64,000 nt of DNA from assembly GCA_964016885.1 (NCBI GenBank), contig OZ024744.1, positions 65,844,001 to 65,908,000 of the forward strand. The letters are read 5' to 3'. Below are positions 11,205 to 23,342 of this stretch, in pieces (positions within the stretch are counted from its first letter, which is position 1; the number at the start of each line of letters is the position of its first letter). The notes beneath the pieces are model-generated. The model searched no databases. It was not told the DNA's origin and worked only from the letters and a program-made list of their open reading frames with translations. The position numbers were made by a program, and so were the translations under genes. Source of the stretch: Eledone cirrhosa. Its lineage: Eukaryota.

Positions 11205-11402
11205 CTTGAGCAACATCAGCTAAAAGATCCTTGAGACACTCTTGCTTCCCTGATACCTCAACTGCTGACACACGGACGGAAAATCGGGCCCCTGTTGCAT
11301 CTCTATGTTCATCAATGAGACGAAAGAGCCAAGCAATGGCACAAGGAATAAGACCTAATGTTTGAGGTGATTGATCTTTACCAAACATTGTGTGTGATTT
11401 GC
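11205..11402 (-). CDS. KIF26: Kinesin-11 / KIF26-like motor domain, coding exon (P-loop end GKSHTM ... DVAQ)
   Basis: Translation (G)[65 protein letters not shown] matches the KIF26A/B motor as I recall it. Pyrimidine-rich CAG acceptor, GTAAG donor, 198 nt, phase 1-1. Confidence 0.93.
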
Positions 11403-11512
11403 CTGGAGGAAAAAAATTAAGAAAAAGAAAAGTGAATGAGAGATAAGCATACGTAAATATCTAGTAAAGTTAATATAATGTAAAAAGTAGTGTGCTCATA
11501 CAGCTGTGTTAA

Positions 11513-11720
11513 CCCTTTAGCATTTACATTACTCTATATATACTATTGTATTTTTGCAGTCACGGCTTTATCTCACATAATATTGAATCTATGAGATTTT
11601 TATATTATTTATTTTGAGAACAATACCTTAACATCTGTATGAGTGGCCAGTTATAGCTGGTTTGAACAGAAAGAGGTGAGAGAATTCTGGTTGGATATGG
11701 CCAGTTTAAATGCTTAAGTG
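11513..11720. mobile_element. piggyBac-like MITE (second copy inverted at 50789-51011)
   Basis: TTAA|CCCTTTAGCATTT ... AAATGCTTAAGTG|TTAA. Internal sequence shared with the 50.8-kb copy. Confidence 0.75.
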
Positions 11721-12717
11721 TTAAAGACATGGCAACATCCATAGTGCTGGTACTATAATAAAATTTACTCAGTAGAGTGCAGGAATCCCTGGCCTGCTTG
11801 AGTACTCATTAAAATATGAAAATGTTAGTAAGGGTCCATTTGAGAGGCCAATAGCTAAGCTTGAGTACGGACTCAGTCTGTGTTGTCCCATCTAACCTTT
11901 ACAAACAAGCAGGGACCTCGTTTGCCTTAAAAATGTGAGGGGGACAAACCAACATTTGTTGATTCTTAAAGGAGTATAAATTACTTATGGTGCCTTTCCT
12001 GGACCCTATCACATAAGTAATATTTTACACTAATTAAATTTTATATATTCAAATGAAGTTCAGATATAAAAAAAATAAGCTTAAAAAGAATTTATTATAT
12101 CAAATAAACAAAAAGTAAAACATAGACATTTGAAAAAGTGTGTATGTGTGGGGTGGGGTGGGGTGGGTGGGGGGTGGGGGGCTTGTCCCCTGGTACCCCT
12201 CTGTGTTAAGGCCCTTGCAAACAAGGAAGAAATGGATGCTGAATGATGATAAATATTTACATACATATTTACACACACACACGCACACGCACATACACAC
12301 ACAAATATATAAACAGAAACACAAACAAAAACACAGACACACATACAAACAAGGACACACATATATACATTAATATATATATATATGTCTACACATATAT
12401 ACACAAACATACTCACACACACACATACTCACTCACACATGCAGCCACACATGGAAATATATAAATATATACACATATATATACACATAAACACACATAC
12501 CCTTTCAAATATGCATACAAGTACATAAATACATGTATCTATTAAGTTCCGGTTAACTGTTGCAGCCAGTCATTGGTGACGTTTGTCTGTGTGTCCATCA
12601 TCGTATTTCAGTGGGTCAACCACCTGAGGACAGGAGAGGAGGGCCATACGATGCAGCACACTGCCTTGTTTGCCCTCTACTACCCAACCAGTGCAGCTTA
12701 AAAGATTTCGCAGAATT

Positions 12718-12910
12718 TAATAATTGTTTCTACTTTTTGGCACAAGGCCAGCAATTACCCAGTGCATTACTGGTACTTTATTTTATCGACCCCGTAAGGA
12801 TGAAAGGCAAAGTCAACCTCGGCGGGATTTGAACTCAGATCGTTAAGGGCCGTAACTCTATGCGTCAAAGCATGGCGTCCGACTCTCTACCGATACTGCC
12901 AATCCACCGC
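12718..12910 (-). mobile_element. SINE-B, full length
   Basis: Reverse complement of 6706-6899 with high similarity. Confidence 0.88.
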
Positions 12911-13239
12911 CTTTTATTTATAATAATGCAAAGGACTGTGTAAGGAAATGGGAAACTGTCATATAACCACATGCTTCGAAGATACGAAAAGAAGAAGTGG
13001 GTCTTAGAAATATTTGGCAGGGCCCATCTCCTCTCCAAGTAATACATATATAGATTCATACAAATAATAGGATTTATTTTAAAAACACGCTGACGCATAT
13101 GTGTATGTGTGTGTGTATGTGTGTGGGTATGTGTATGTGTACGTGCATGTGTGTATATGCATATACATACATTTATATGTATGAGTATATAAATATAAAC
13201 ATGCAAACATAGACACACTTACAAAAATGCTCACTCATA

Positions 13240-15145
13240 GACACACATCCACACAAATACACATACATCCACACAAATACAAACACATACATACATCCAC
13301 ACAAACACACACATACATCCACACAAATACACATACATCTACAGAAACACACACATTCATCCACACAAACACACACATACATCCACACAAACACACATAC
13401 ATCCACACAAACACACACATACATCCACACAAACACACACATACAACCACACAAACACACACATACATCCACACAAACACACACATACATCCACACAAAC
13501 ACACACATACATCCACACAAACACACACATACATCCACACAAACACACACATACAACCACACAAACACACACATACATCCACACAAACACACACATACAT
13601 CCACACAAACACACACATACATCCACACAAACACACACATACATCCACACAAACACACACATACATCCACACAAACACACATACAACCACACAAACACAC
13701 ACATACATCCACACAAACACACACATACATCCACACAAACACACACATACATCCACACAAACACACACATACATCCACACAAACACACACATACAACCAC
13801 ACAAACACACACATACATCCACACAAACACACACATACATCCACACAAACACACACATACATCCACACAAACACACACATACATCCACACAAACACACAC
13901 ATACATCCACACAAACACACACATACATCCACACAAACACACACATACATCCACACAAACACACACATACATCCACACAAACACACACATACATCCACAC
14001 AAACACATACACACATGCATTATATGATGGACGGACAGATGGAAGTTGCTCAAATTTATACAAATACGCACACACAGACACAGTGACAACACACACACAG
14101 ACACAGTAACAACACACACACAGACACAGTAACAACACACATACATACACAGACACAGTGACAACCACACACAGACACAGTGACAACCACACACACAGAC
14201 ACAGTGACAACACACACACAGACACAGTAACAACACACATACATACACAGACACAGTGACAACCACACACAGACACAGTAACAACCACACACACAGACAC
14301 AGTGACAACCACACACAGACACAGTGACAACCACACACAGACACAGTGACAACACACACACACACACAGACACAGTGACAACCACACACACAGACACAGT
14401 GACAACCACACACAGACACAGTGACAACCACACACAGACACAGTGACAACACACACACACACACAGACACAGTGACAACCACACACACAGACACAGTGAC
14501 AACCACACACAGACACAGTGACAACCACACACAGACACAACACACACACACACACATACACAGTGACAACCACACACAGACACGAGCCCCACTCCAGATA
14601 CAGATACAGACACAAATGCAAACAATCCACTACCAAACATATACACACACAACATATAGACACAACATACACGTACACAACACATACACACAAAACACAC
14701 ACACACGCAACATACAGACACAACGCACACACACAACACATACACACACCACACACAATATACACACAACATGCACATACAACACACACACAACATATTC
14801 ACACAACATACACACACATACACATCCACACAACATACACATCCACACACACATACAACACACACACACACACATACAGTTACAACCAAACACTGTCACA
14901 AGCCCCCCTAAGATGAAGATACTGACACAAATACAAACATCCCACCACCAACATACACACACACACTCTGTCTTTCTCTCTCTCTCACATACACACTCTC
15001 TCTCTCACATGCATACACTCACACTCTCTCTCACACACACATACACACACTCTCTCTCTCTCACATGCATACACTCACGCTCTGACACACACACACTCTT
15101 TCTCTCACACGTGCAGACACACACACCACATACACGCACACACAT
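13240..15145. repeat. CA-rich compound minisatellite/microsatellite block (22-bp CACACAAACACACACATACATC array, then a CACAGACACAGTGACAAC array)
   Basis: Directly visible. Source of the Cys/Val-rich and His/Thr-rich pseudo-ORFs. Confidence 0.95.
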
Positions 15146-15255
15146 TTTGTTGAGTTGCTATTCAAAATTTTCTGTTTCTAATTCTCATGCAACTGGTTAA
15201 CTAACTATAAATATAATTAAATGAAATAATTATTTTATGTTATTTATTACATAAA

Positions 15256-15566
15256 TCATCATCATCATCATTTTATTTTACGTCCGCTTTTCCTTGCTTG
15301 CAAGGGTGGGACGGGAACTGATTCTGGCTTGATTTCTACAGCTGGATGCCCTTCCTAACACCAACCTCATTTACAGTGAGTGCTGGGTGCTTTTTTGCCG
15401 TGGCACCTCCACGATCACTTTGCAGTGGAATGATAGCTGAGTAAACTGGAGCAATGTGAAATAAAGTGACTTGCTCAAGGAAACAACACATCGCCCGGTC
15501 TGAGAATTGAACTCACAACCTTTTGATTAAAAGGCCAATGCTCTAACCACTAAGCCATGTGCCTCC
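15256..15566 (-). mobile_element. SINE-A with a short internal deletion
   Basis: Reverse complement of 1206-1555. Confidence 0.88.
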
Positions 15567-15873
15567 ATATATATAAATATAATTAGTTAAAACTGGCTAA
15601 AATTGCTCAGTTCCAACCAAAAAAGAAAAGGGAAGGTCATTTTTTGGAAATGGAAGAAGGACTCTTTAGCTCTATCAAAGACATGACAACCTCAGTAGTG
15701 TTGGTGCCACAATGTATTGTAGAGTGTGGGAACGTTTGTAAACAAGATGTAAGCTCCTGGTCCGTCTGAGAGGTCACTAGTAAGGCTTGAGTACTGACTC
15801 AAGTAGTAACAGTAAAAAAAAAAAACCCACCCTATCCTTGTTAGTAAGGAAGAATGGAGTACATATATAATTG

Positions 15874-16063
15874 TTTCTACTTTTGGCACAAGGCCAGCAA
15901 TTATCCCAGTGTATTACTGGTACTTTATTTTATCGACCCCGTAAGGATGAAAGGCAAAGTTAACCTTGGCGGGATTTGAGGTTAACTTTGCCTTTCGGGG
16001 TCGATAAAATAAAGTACCAGTAATACACTGGTATAATTGCTGGCCTTGTGCCAAAAGTAGAAA
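15874..16063. repeat. Fold-back (palindromic) SINE-B tail doublet
   Basis: Arms of about 90 bp that are near-perfect reverse complements. ATATATAAT on both flanks. Confidence 0.85.
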
Positions 16064-16279
16064 GATATATAATGATGACGGCGATGATGATGGTGGTGCT
16101 GATGATAATGATGATGGTGCTGATGATAATGATGGTGGTGCTGATGATGGTGATGATGATGACAATGATGATGATGGGGAGAATGATGATAATGATGGTG
16201 TTGATGTATTAAACCCTCTATCTGTCCACCAGTTGCAATCAACAGTAAATAACATAGAAGAACAATGAGTTGTGACCAT

Positions 16280-19040
16280 ATGAAATGGTATGTGACAGTA
16301 CGGGATGGTATGTGACAGTACGGGATGGTATGTGACGGTATGTGACAGTACGGGATGGTATGTGACGGTATGTGACAGTACGGGATGGTATGTGACGGTA
16401 TGTGACAGTACGGGATGGTATGTGACGGTATGGAACAGTATGTGACGGTATGGGAAAGTATGTGATGGTATGGGACAGTATGTGATGGTATGTGATGGTA
16501 TGTGATGGTATGTGACGGTATGGGATGATATGTGACAGTATGGGATGGTATGTGATGGTATGTGGCAGTATGGGAGGGTATGTGATGGTATGTGATTGTA
16601 TGTGATGGTATGTGATGGTATATGATGGTATATGGTGGTATGTGATGGTATATGATGGTATGTGATGGTATATAATGGTATGTGATGGTATATGATGGTA
16701 TGTGATGGTATGTGATGGTATATGATGGTATGTGATGGTATGTGACAGTATGTGATGGTATGTGATGGTATGTAACGGTATGTGACAGTATGTGATGGTA
16801 TGTAACGGTATGTGACAGTATGTGATGGTATGTGACGGTATGTGATGGTATGTGACAGTATGTGATGGTATGTGATGGTATGTGATGGTATGTGACAGTA
16901 TGTGATGGTATGTGATGGTATGTGACAGTATGTGATGGTATGTGATGGTATGTAACAGTATGTGATGGTATGTGACGGTATGTGATGGTATGTGATGGTA
17001 TGTGATGGTATGTAACGGTATGTGATGGTATGTGACGGTATGTGATTGTATGTGATGGTATATGGTGGTATGTGATGGTATGTAACGGTATGTGATGGTA
17101 TGTGATGGTATGTGATGGTATGTGACAGTATGTGATGGTATGTGACGGTATGTGATGGTATGTGACGGTATGTGATGGTATGTAACGGTATGTGATGGTA
17201 TGTGACGGTATGTGATTGTATGTGACAGTATGTGATGGTATGTGATGGTATGTGACAGTATGTGATGGTATGTAACGGTATGTGATGGTATGTGACGGTA
17301 TGTGATGGTATGTGACAGTATGTGATGGTATGTGACGGTATGTGATGGTATGTGACAGTATGTGATGGTATGTAACGGTATGTGATGGTATGTGACGGTA
17401 TGTGATGGTATGTAACGGTATGTGATGGTATGTGACGGTATGTGATGGTATGTGACAGTATGTGATGGTATGTGACAGTATGTGATGGTATGTAACGGTA
17501 TGTGATGGTATGTGACGGTATGTGATGGTATGTAACGGTATGTGATGGTATGTGACGGTATGTGATGGTATGTGACAGTATGTGATGGTATGTAACGGTA
17601 TGTGATGGTATGTGACGGTATATGATGGTATGTGATGGTATGTGATGGTATGTAATGGTATGAAATGTTATGTAATGGTATGTGATTGTATGTGACAGTG
17701 TGTGATGGTATGTGACAGTATGTGACAGTATGTGATGGTATGTGACAGTATGTGATGGTATGTGACAGTATGTGATGGTATGTAACGGTATGTGATGGTA
17801 TGTGACGGTATGTGATGGTATGTGATGGTATATGGTGGTATGTGATGGTATGTGATGGTATGTGACGGTATGTGACAGTATGTGATGGTATGTGATTGTA
17901 TGTGACAGTATGTGATGGTATGTGATGGTATGTGACAGTATGTGATGGTATGTGATGGTATGTGATTGTATGTGACAGTATGTGATTGTATGTGACAGTA
18001 TGTGATGGTATGTGATGGTATGTGACAGTATGTGATGGTATTTGATGGTATATAAAGGCACATGGCTTAGTGGTTAGAGCATTATGCTTGCAATCGAAAG
18101 GTTATGAGTTTGATTTTCGGACCGGGTGATGTGTTGTTTCCTTGAGCAAGACACTTTATTTCACATTGTTCCAGTTTACTGAGCTGTAGAAATGATTTGC
18201 GACATCACTAGTGTCAAGCTGTATCGGTCATTGCTTTTCCCTTGGACAACATTGGTGACATGGAGAGGGGAGGCTGGTATGCATGGGTGACTGATGGTCT
18301 TCCACAAACAACTTGTGCCTTGGGGTGGGAAACTTTATAGGTGTTAATCACATGGTCATTCATGACAGGAGGGGGTCAACAAAAATGATGGTATGTGATG
18401 ATATATGATGGTATGTGATGGTATGAAATGGTATGTAATGGTATGTAATGGTAAATAATGGGATGCGATGGTATGTGATGGTATGTGATGGTATGTGATG
18501 GTATGTAATGGTATGTGATGGTATGTGATGTATGTAATGGTATATGATGGCATGTGATGGTATGTGATGGTATGTGACAGTATGTGATGGTATGTGATGG
18601 TATGTGATGGTATGTGATGGTATGTAATGGTATGTGATGGTATGTGATGGTATGTGATGGTATATGATGTATGTGATGGTATGTGACAGTATGTGGTGGA
18701 ATGTGATGTATGTAATGGTATATGATGGCATGTGATGGAATGTGATGTATGTAATGGTATATGATGGCATGTGATGGTATGTGATGGTATGTGATGGTAT
18801 GTGACAGTATGTGATGGTATGTGATGGTATGTAACGGTATGTAATGGTATGTGATGGTATGTGACAGTATGTGATGGTATGTGATGTATGTAATGGTATA
18901 TGATGGTATGTAATGGTATGTGATGGTATGTAATGGTATGTGATGGTATGTAATGGTATGTGATGGTATGTAATGGTATGTGATTGTATGTAATGGTATG
19001 TGATTGTATGTAAAGGTATGTGATGGTATGTAATGGTATG
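16280..19040. repeat. 10-bp satellite (GGTATGTGAT and variants) interrupted by SINE-C
   Basis: About 2.4 kb of 10-bp units. Explains the 715-aa HTITYHHIPS pseudo-ORF. Confidence 0.95.
18056..18380 (+). mobile_element. SINE family C inserted in the 10-bp satellite
   Basis: SINE-A-type head and CORE-like block, then a different body and a tail matching 4862-4950. Confidence 0.85.
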
Positions 19041-20144
19041 ATATTTACGTTGGGTCAGCTTCTTGGGAGAATTTCCTTTCGTTTGTGTTTGTGTGTATAT
19101 GCCTGTCTGTTTCTGTGTGTGTATATATACCTGTGTGTGTGTGTATATGTATGTGTGTGTATTTGTGTTTTTTAGTGATTTTGAAGGATGGTCAAACAGG
19201 ATAGGTTAGGAGAGAATTTGTTAAATGGCTTTGGTTTGTAGATGCATTTATGAATGTGTTTATGTGTGTATGTATATGCGTCTATGTATATGTGTGTATA
19301 TATGTGTGTATGTATGTGTGTGCTCATGTGTGTGTATGTATGTGTGCATATATGTGTCTGTGTGTATACATGATTGAGTATGTGTGTGTGTGTATTTTTG
19401 AACAGTTTATCATTTAATGATTGTTTTCGTGTGAATGATAATTGATGAGTGGTTTCATTGATCCTTATCATGCATGTGCATGTGTTCATGTGTGTGTGTG
19501 TGTTCATGTGTGTGTGTGTGTGTGTTCATGTATGTGTGTGTGTTCATGTGTGTATGTGTGTGGGCATATGTTTGTGTTTGGGATGTGTACATTTAATTAG
19601 GTTAGTGAAAATAGGTGCAGCTCATGAGAAGAAAAAAAAAATCATATAAATGGATTGACCTTTTGAAATCTATTGTTTGTTTGGATCATGGTAGATGAGA
19701 AAGTTTGGAGAATCAATTAATATGAGTTGTGATGATGAGTAAGCCGGATGTAAGATTTAGGACCAGTATTTGTAATGAAGAGAGAAGACTTTATAGCACA
19801 GAAGACTTTAAAACTTTAAAGGGCATTTGCCATTTTTTAAGAGAAGTTGTAGTTTCAAGTATAGGGAGAAGAATTGGATTATATGTGTATGATAGACTAC
19901 TTGTGGAACAGTAAGTGATAGAAGTCACAAAGTCATAAAATTAATTGTACAAGAATGTCTTGACAAAACTTTTGTTTATTTAAAATGCATTATTAGTTTT
20001 AAAAACATTAATGTTAAATCGCTCTGATCAATTGACAAGATCCCAGACCACATTCACTTGCCAAGTGGACCAAGTCAAATGAGACCAAGGAAACGATGTT
20101 TCTATTGCTATTTCCATTGCTATTACTATCTACTGGTTGCAATA

Positions 20145-20272
20145 CCTGGCAGAAAGAGCAATGTGAAATAAAGTGTCTTGCTCAAGGACACAACACATCA
20201 CCTGGTCTGAGAATTGAACTTGCAACCTCACGATTGCGAATCCAATTCTTTAACCTCTAAGGTACACACCTT
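20145..20272 (-). mobile_element. SINE-A/C head fragment
   Basis: GAGCAATGTGAAATAAAGTGTCTTGCTCAAGG...GAGAATTGAACT. Confidence 0.7.
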
Positions 20273-20531
20273 CACTTTCTAAATAAAACAAAATATGTGT
20301 CATCTGTGTAAAAAGAAAATATTTAAATGAAACAAAAAAAGGGAAAGAAAAAAAAAAGAAGTGAATTAAGCAATGAAAGAAAGGGAAAGAGGGTGGTTGG
20401 GGATAGAATCTACACCCAGTCTACATGGTGCTTTGGCCAAGCCCCACAGATACAATGGCAAAGACATTGTCAGTGTTTTTATTAAATAGTTTATTATATT
20501 TGTGGTTTGCCAGAAAGTGAAAAAAAAAATA

Positions 20532-21570
20532 GAGCAGCATCCTTTGTTGCTATAAAGCAGCATCCTTTGTTGCTATAAAGCAGCATCCTTTGTTGCTATA
20601 AAGCAGCATCCTTTGTTGCTATAAAGCAGCATCCTTTGTTGCTATAAAGCAGCATCCTTTGTTGCTATAAAGCAGCATCCTTTGTTGCTATAAAGCAGCA
20701 TCCTTTGTTGCTATAAAGCAGCATCCTTTGTTGCTATAAAGCAGCATCCTTTGTTGCTATAAAGCAGCATCCTTTGTTGCTATAAAGCAGTATCCTTTGT
20801 TGCTATAAAGCAGCATCCTTTGTTGCTATAAAGCAGCATCCTTTATTGCTATAAAGCAGCATCCTTTATTGCTATAAAGCAGCATCCTTTGTTGCTATAA
20901 AGCAGCATCCTTTGTTGCTATAAAGCAGCATCCTTTGTTGCTATAAAGCAGCATCCTTTGTTGCTATAAAGCAGCATCCTTTATTGCTATAAAGCAGCAT
21001 CCTTTATTGCTATAAAGCAGCATCCTTTGTTGCTATAAAGCAGCATCCTTTGTTGCTATAAAGCAGTATCCTTTGTTGCTATAAAGCAGCATCCTTTGTT
21101 GCTATAAAGCAGCATCCTTTGTTGCTATAAAGCAGCATCCTTTGTTGCTATAAAGCAGCATCCTTTGTTGCTATAAAGCAGCATCCTTTGTTGCTATAAA
21201 GCAGTATCCTTTGTTGCTATAAAGCAGCATCCTTTGTTGCTATAAAGCAGCATCCTTTGTTGCTATAAAGCAGCATCCTTTATTGCTATAAAGCAGCATC
21301 CTTTATTGCTATAAAGCAGCATCCTTTGTTGCTATAAAGCAGTATCCTTTGTTGCTATAAAGCAGCATCCTTTGTTGCTATAAAGCAGCATCCTTTGTTG
21401 CTATAAAGCAGCATCCTTTGTTGCTATAAAGCAGCATCCTTTGTTGCTATAAAGCAGCATCCTTTGTTGCTATAAAGCAGCATCCTTTGTTGCTATAAAG
21501 CAGCATTCTTTGTTGCTATAAAGCAGCATCCTTTGTTGCTATAAAGCAGCATCCTTTGTTGCTATAAAGC
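20532..21570. repeat. 23-bp minisatellite (GCAGCATCCTTTGTTGCTATAAA), about 45 copies
   Basis: Highly homogeneous tandem array. Confidence 0.97.
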
Positions 21571-22135
21571 AATGTAGAAATGATGATGAAGCCTTTAGTG
21601 ATGGAGAATTGGACATTTAAACTCAAAGATGAGTTAAACCATAGAATGTTTCTTATCCTATTTGTTAGTAGTATATTTTCTGTTTTCTGTAGTAAATCTT
21701 TTAGCAGTATTTCATAACACTTCCTAGCCCAATCCTAACCTTAACCCTAATCCTTATAATGGTATGAAGTACTACTGAGAGAGATCTCAATAAAAGATAG
21801 AAATGATATTCATTTAATAATGTTAGACACAAGGTCTGTTAAAATTGTTGTAGAATTGTTTGAATTATTGTTGCTGTACTGCCTTTTTTTCATTGGGTTT
21901 CTAATAAGGGCATTATTTATTCTGATCTAAGTTTAAAATGATGTCCAAAAAGTAAGAAAAACAAACTTTAAATCTAATTCTTTAAATATTCCACCATAGT
22001 GAATTTACTCTTAAAAACCCTACTCTCTCTCTCTCTACACACACATATATATATATAAATAGTTTCAGATTGTGTGATTTCAGTTATTCACAATAAAAAA
22101 AAGTACTTACTGAATGCACACACATGCATGCACCC

Positions 22136-22200
<65 letters not shown>

Positions 22201-22264
22201 TATTATATATATATATATTCATATATATATATATATATATATATTCATATTATATATATATATA

Positions 22265-22337
<73 letters not shown>

Positions 22338-22380
22338 CTGTAACAATAGCCTTGTGTAATATGAATATATATATAGATAT

Positions 22381-22704
22381 ATCATCATCATTTCATTTTA
22401 CGTCCGCCTTTTCCCTGCTTGCAAGGGTGGGACGGGAACTGATTTTGGCTTGATTTCTACAGCTAGATGCCCTTCTTAACACCAACCTCATTTACAGTGA
22501 GTGCTGGGTGCTTTTTTGCTGTGGCACCTCCACGACCACTTTGCAGTGGAATGATAGAGACCCCAGTCCCTATCATCTCATTTCTACAGCTGAGTAAACT
22601 GGAGCAACATGAAAATAAAGTGTCTTGCTTAAGGAAACAACACATCACCCGGTCTGAGAATTGAACTCACAACCTTTCGATTGCAAGGCCAATGCTCTAA
22701 CCAC
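22381..22704 (-). mobile_element. SINE-A, slightly 5'-truncated, abutting an RTE fragment
   Basis: Reverse complement of SINE-A starting at GTGGTTAGAGC. Confidence 0.88.
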
Positions 22705-23295
22705 ATACAGCTCTGAGTTTCTCATCCTCAGTGTATACTGATTAATGTTCAGAGCCATCCTCAGCATTCTCGTGTAGCACCCATCCACCATCTGAGTGAG
22801 TCTCTTGGTCAGTGTCCAAGTCTCAGACCCATACAGCAGCACAGACTCCACTACAGCAATGAAGAGGCGGATTTTCAGGTCTCTACGAAGGTCCGACTTC
22901 CACATCGATCTCAAGCTGTGACACGCCGCCCAGGCCTTGCTCTTCCTCTCAACCACATCATCTTCCGTATTCCCAATCTTTGCTCCCAAACACAGGAAGT
23001 CCTCAACCAATTCCAGCGGCTTCCCGCCTACATTAGTGATCCCCTCTGGCTTCTCAACATTCTCTACCAGATATTTTGTTTTAGTCTCATTCATTCTCAG
23101 CCCCACACTCATGTGCTCCAGGGAGATACATTGGCTCCCTACCTTTTTATCATCGTAGTGGACTATTGTATGCGCCTTGCACTGGAGAAACACCAGGACA
23201 CTGGCTTTACTGTAGCACCGGCTCAGAGCAGGAGAGTTGGGCGAAAAAGGTATCGGATGCTGAATTTGCCGACGACATAGTTTTGGTGACAAATG
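22705..23295 (-). mobile_element. RTE LINE-D reverse transcriptase fragment with an inverted 5' segment
   Basis: Minus strand: VGLRMNETKTK...VESVLLYGSETWTLT...YTRMLRMALN. Plus strand, about 23110-23295: VLQGDTLAPYLFIIVVDY...EFADDIVLV. Confidence 0.85.
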
Positions 23296-23302
23296 CAGGA
23301 TT

Positions 23303-23340
<38 letters not shown>

Positions 23341-23342
<2 letters not shown>

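Noticed and set aside
13173-19040. Long ORFs of 219-715 aa (Cys/Val-rich or His/Thr-rich)
   Set aside because: Translations of CA/TG and 10-bp satellites, with no domain content or splice support.
20366-20563. Candidate for the missing upstream KIF26 exon
   Set aside because: The translation lacks the expected GADGC.F..GH motif and suitable splice sites.
21722-21753. Degenerate (CCCTAA)n
   Set aside because: Only about five imperfect units; not a telomere or a supportable interstitial telomeric array.
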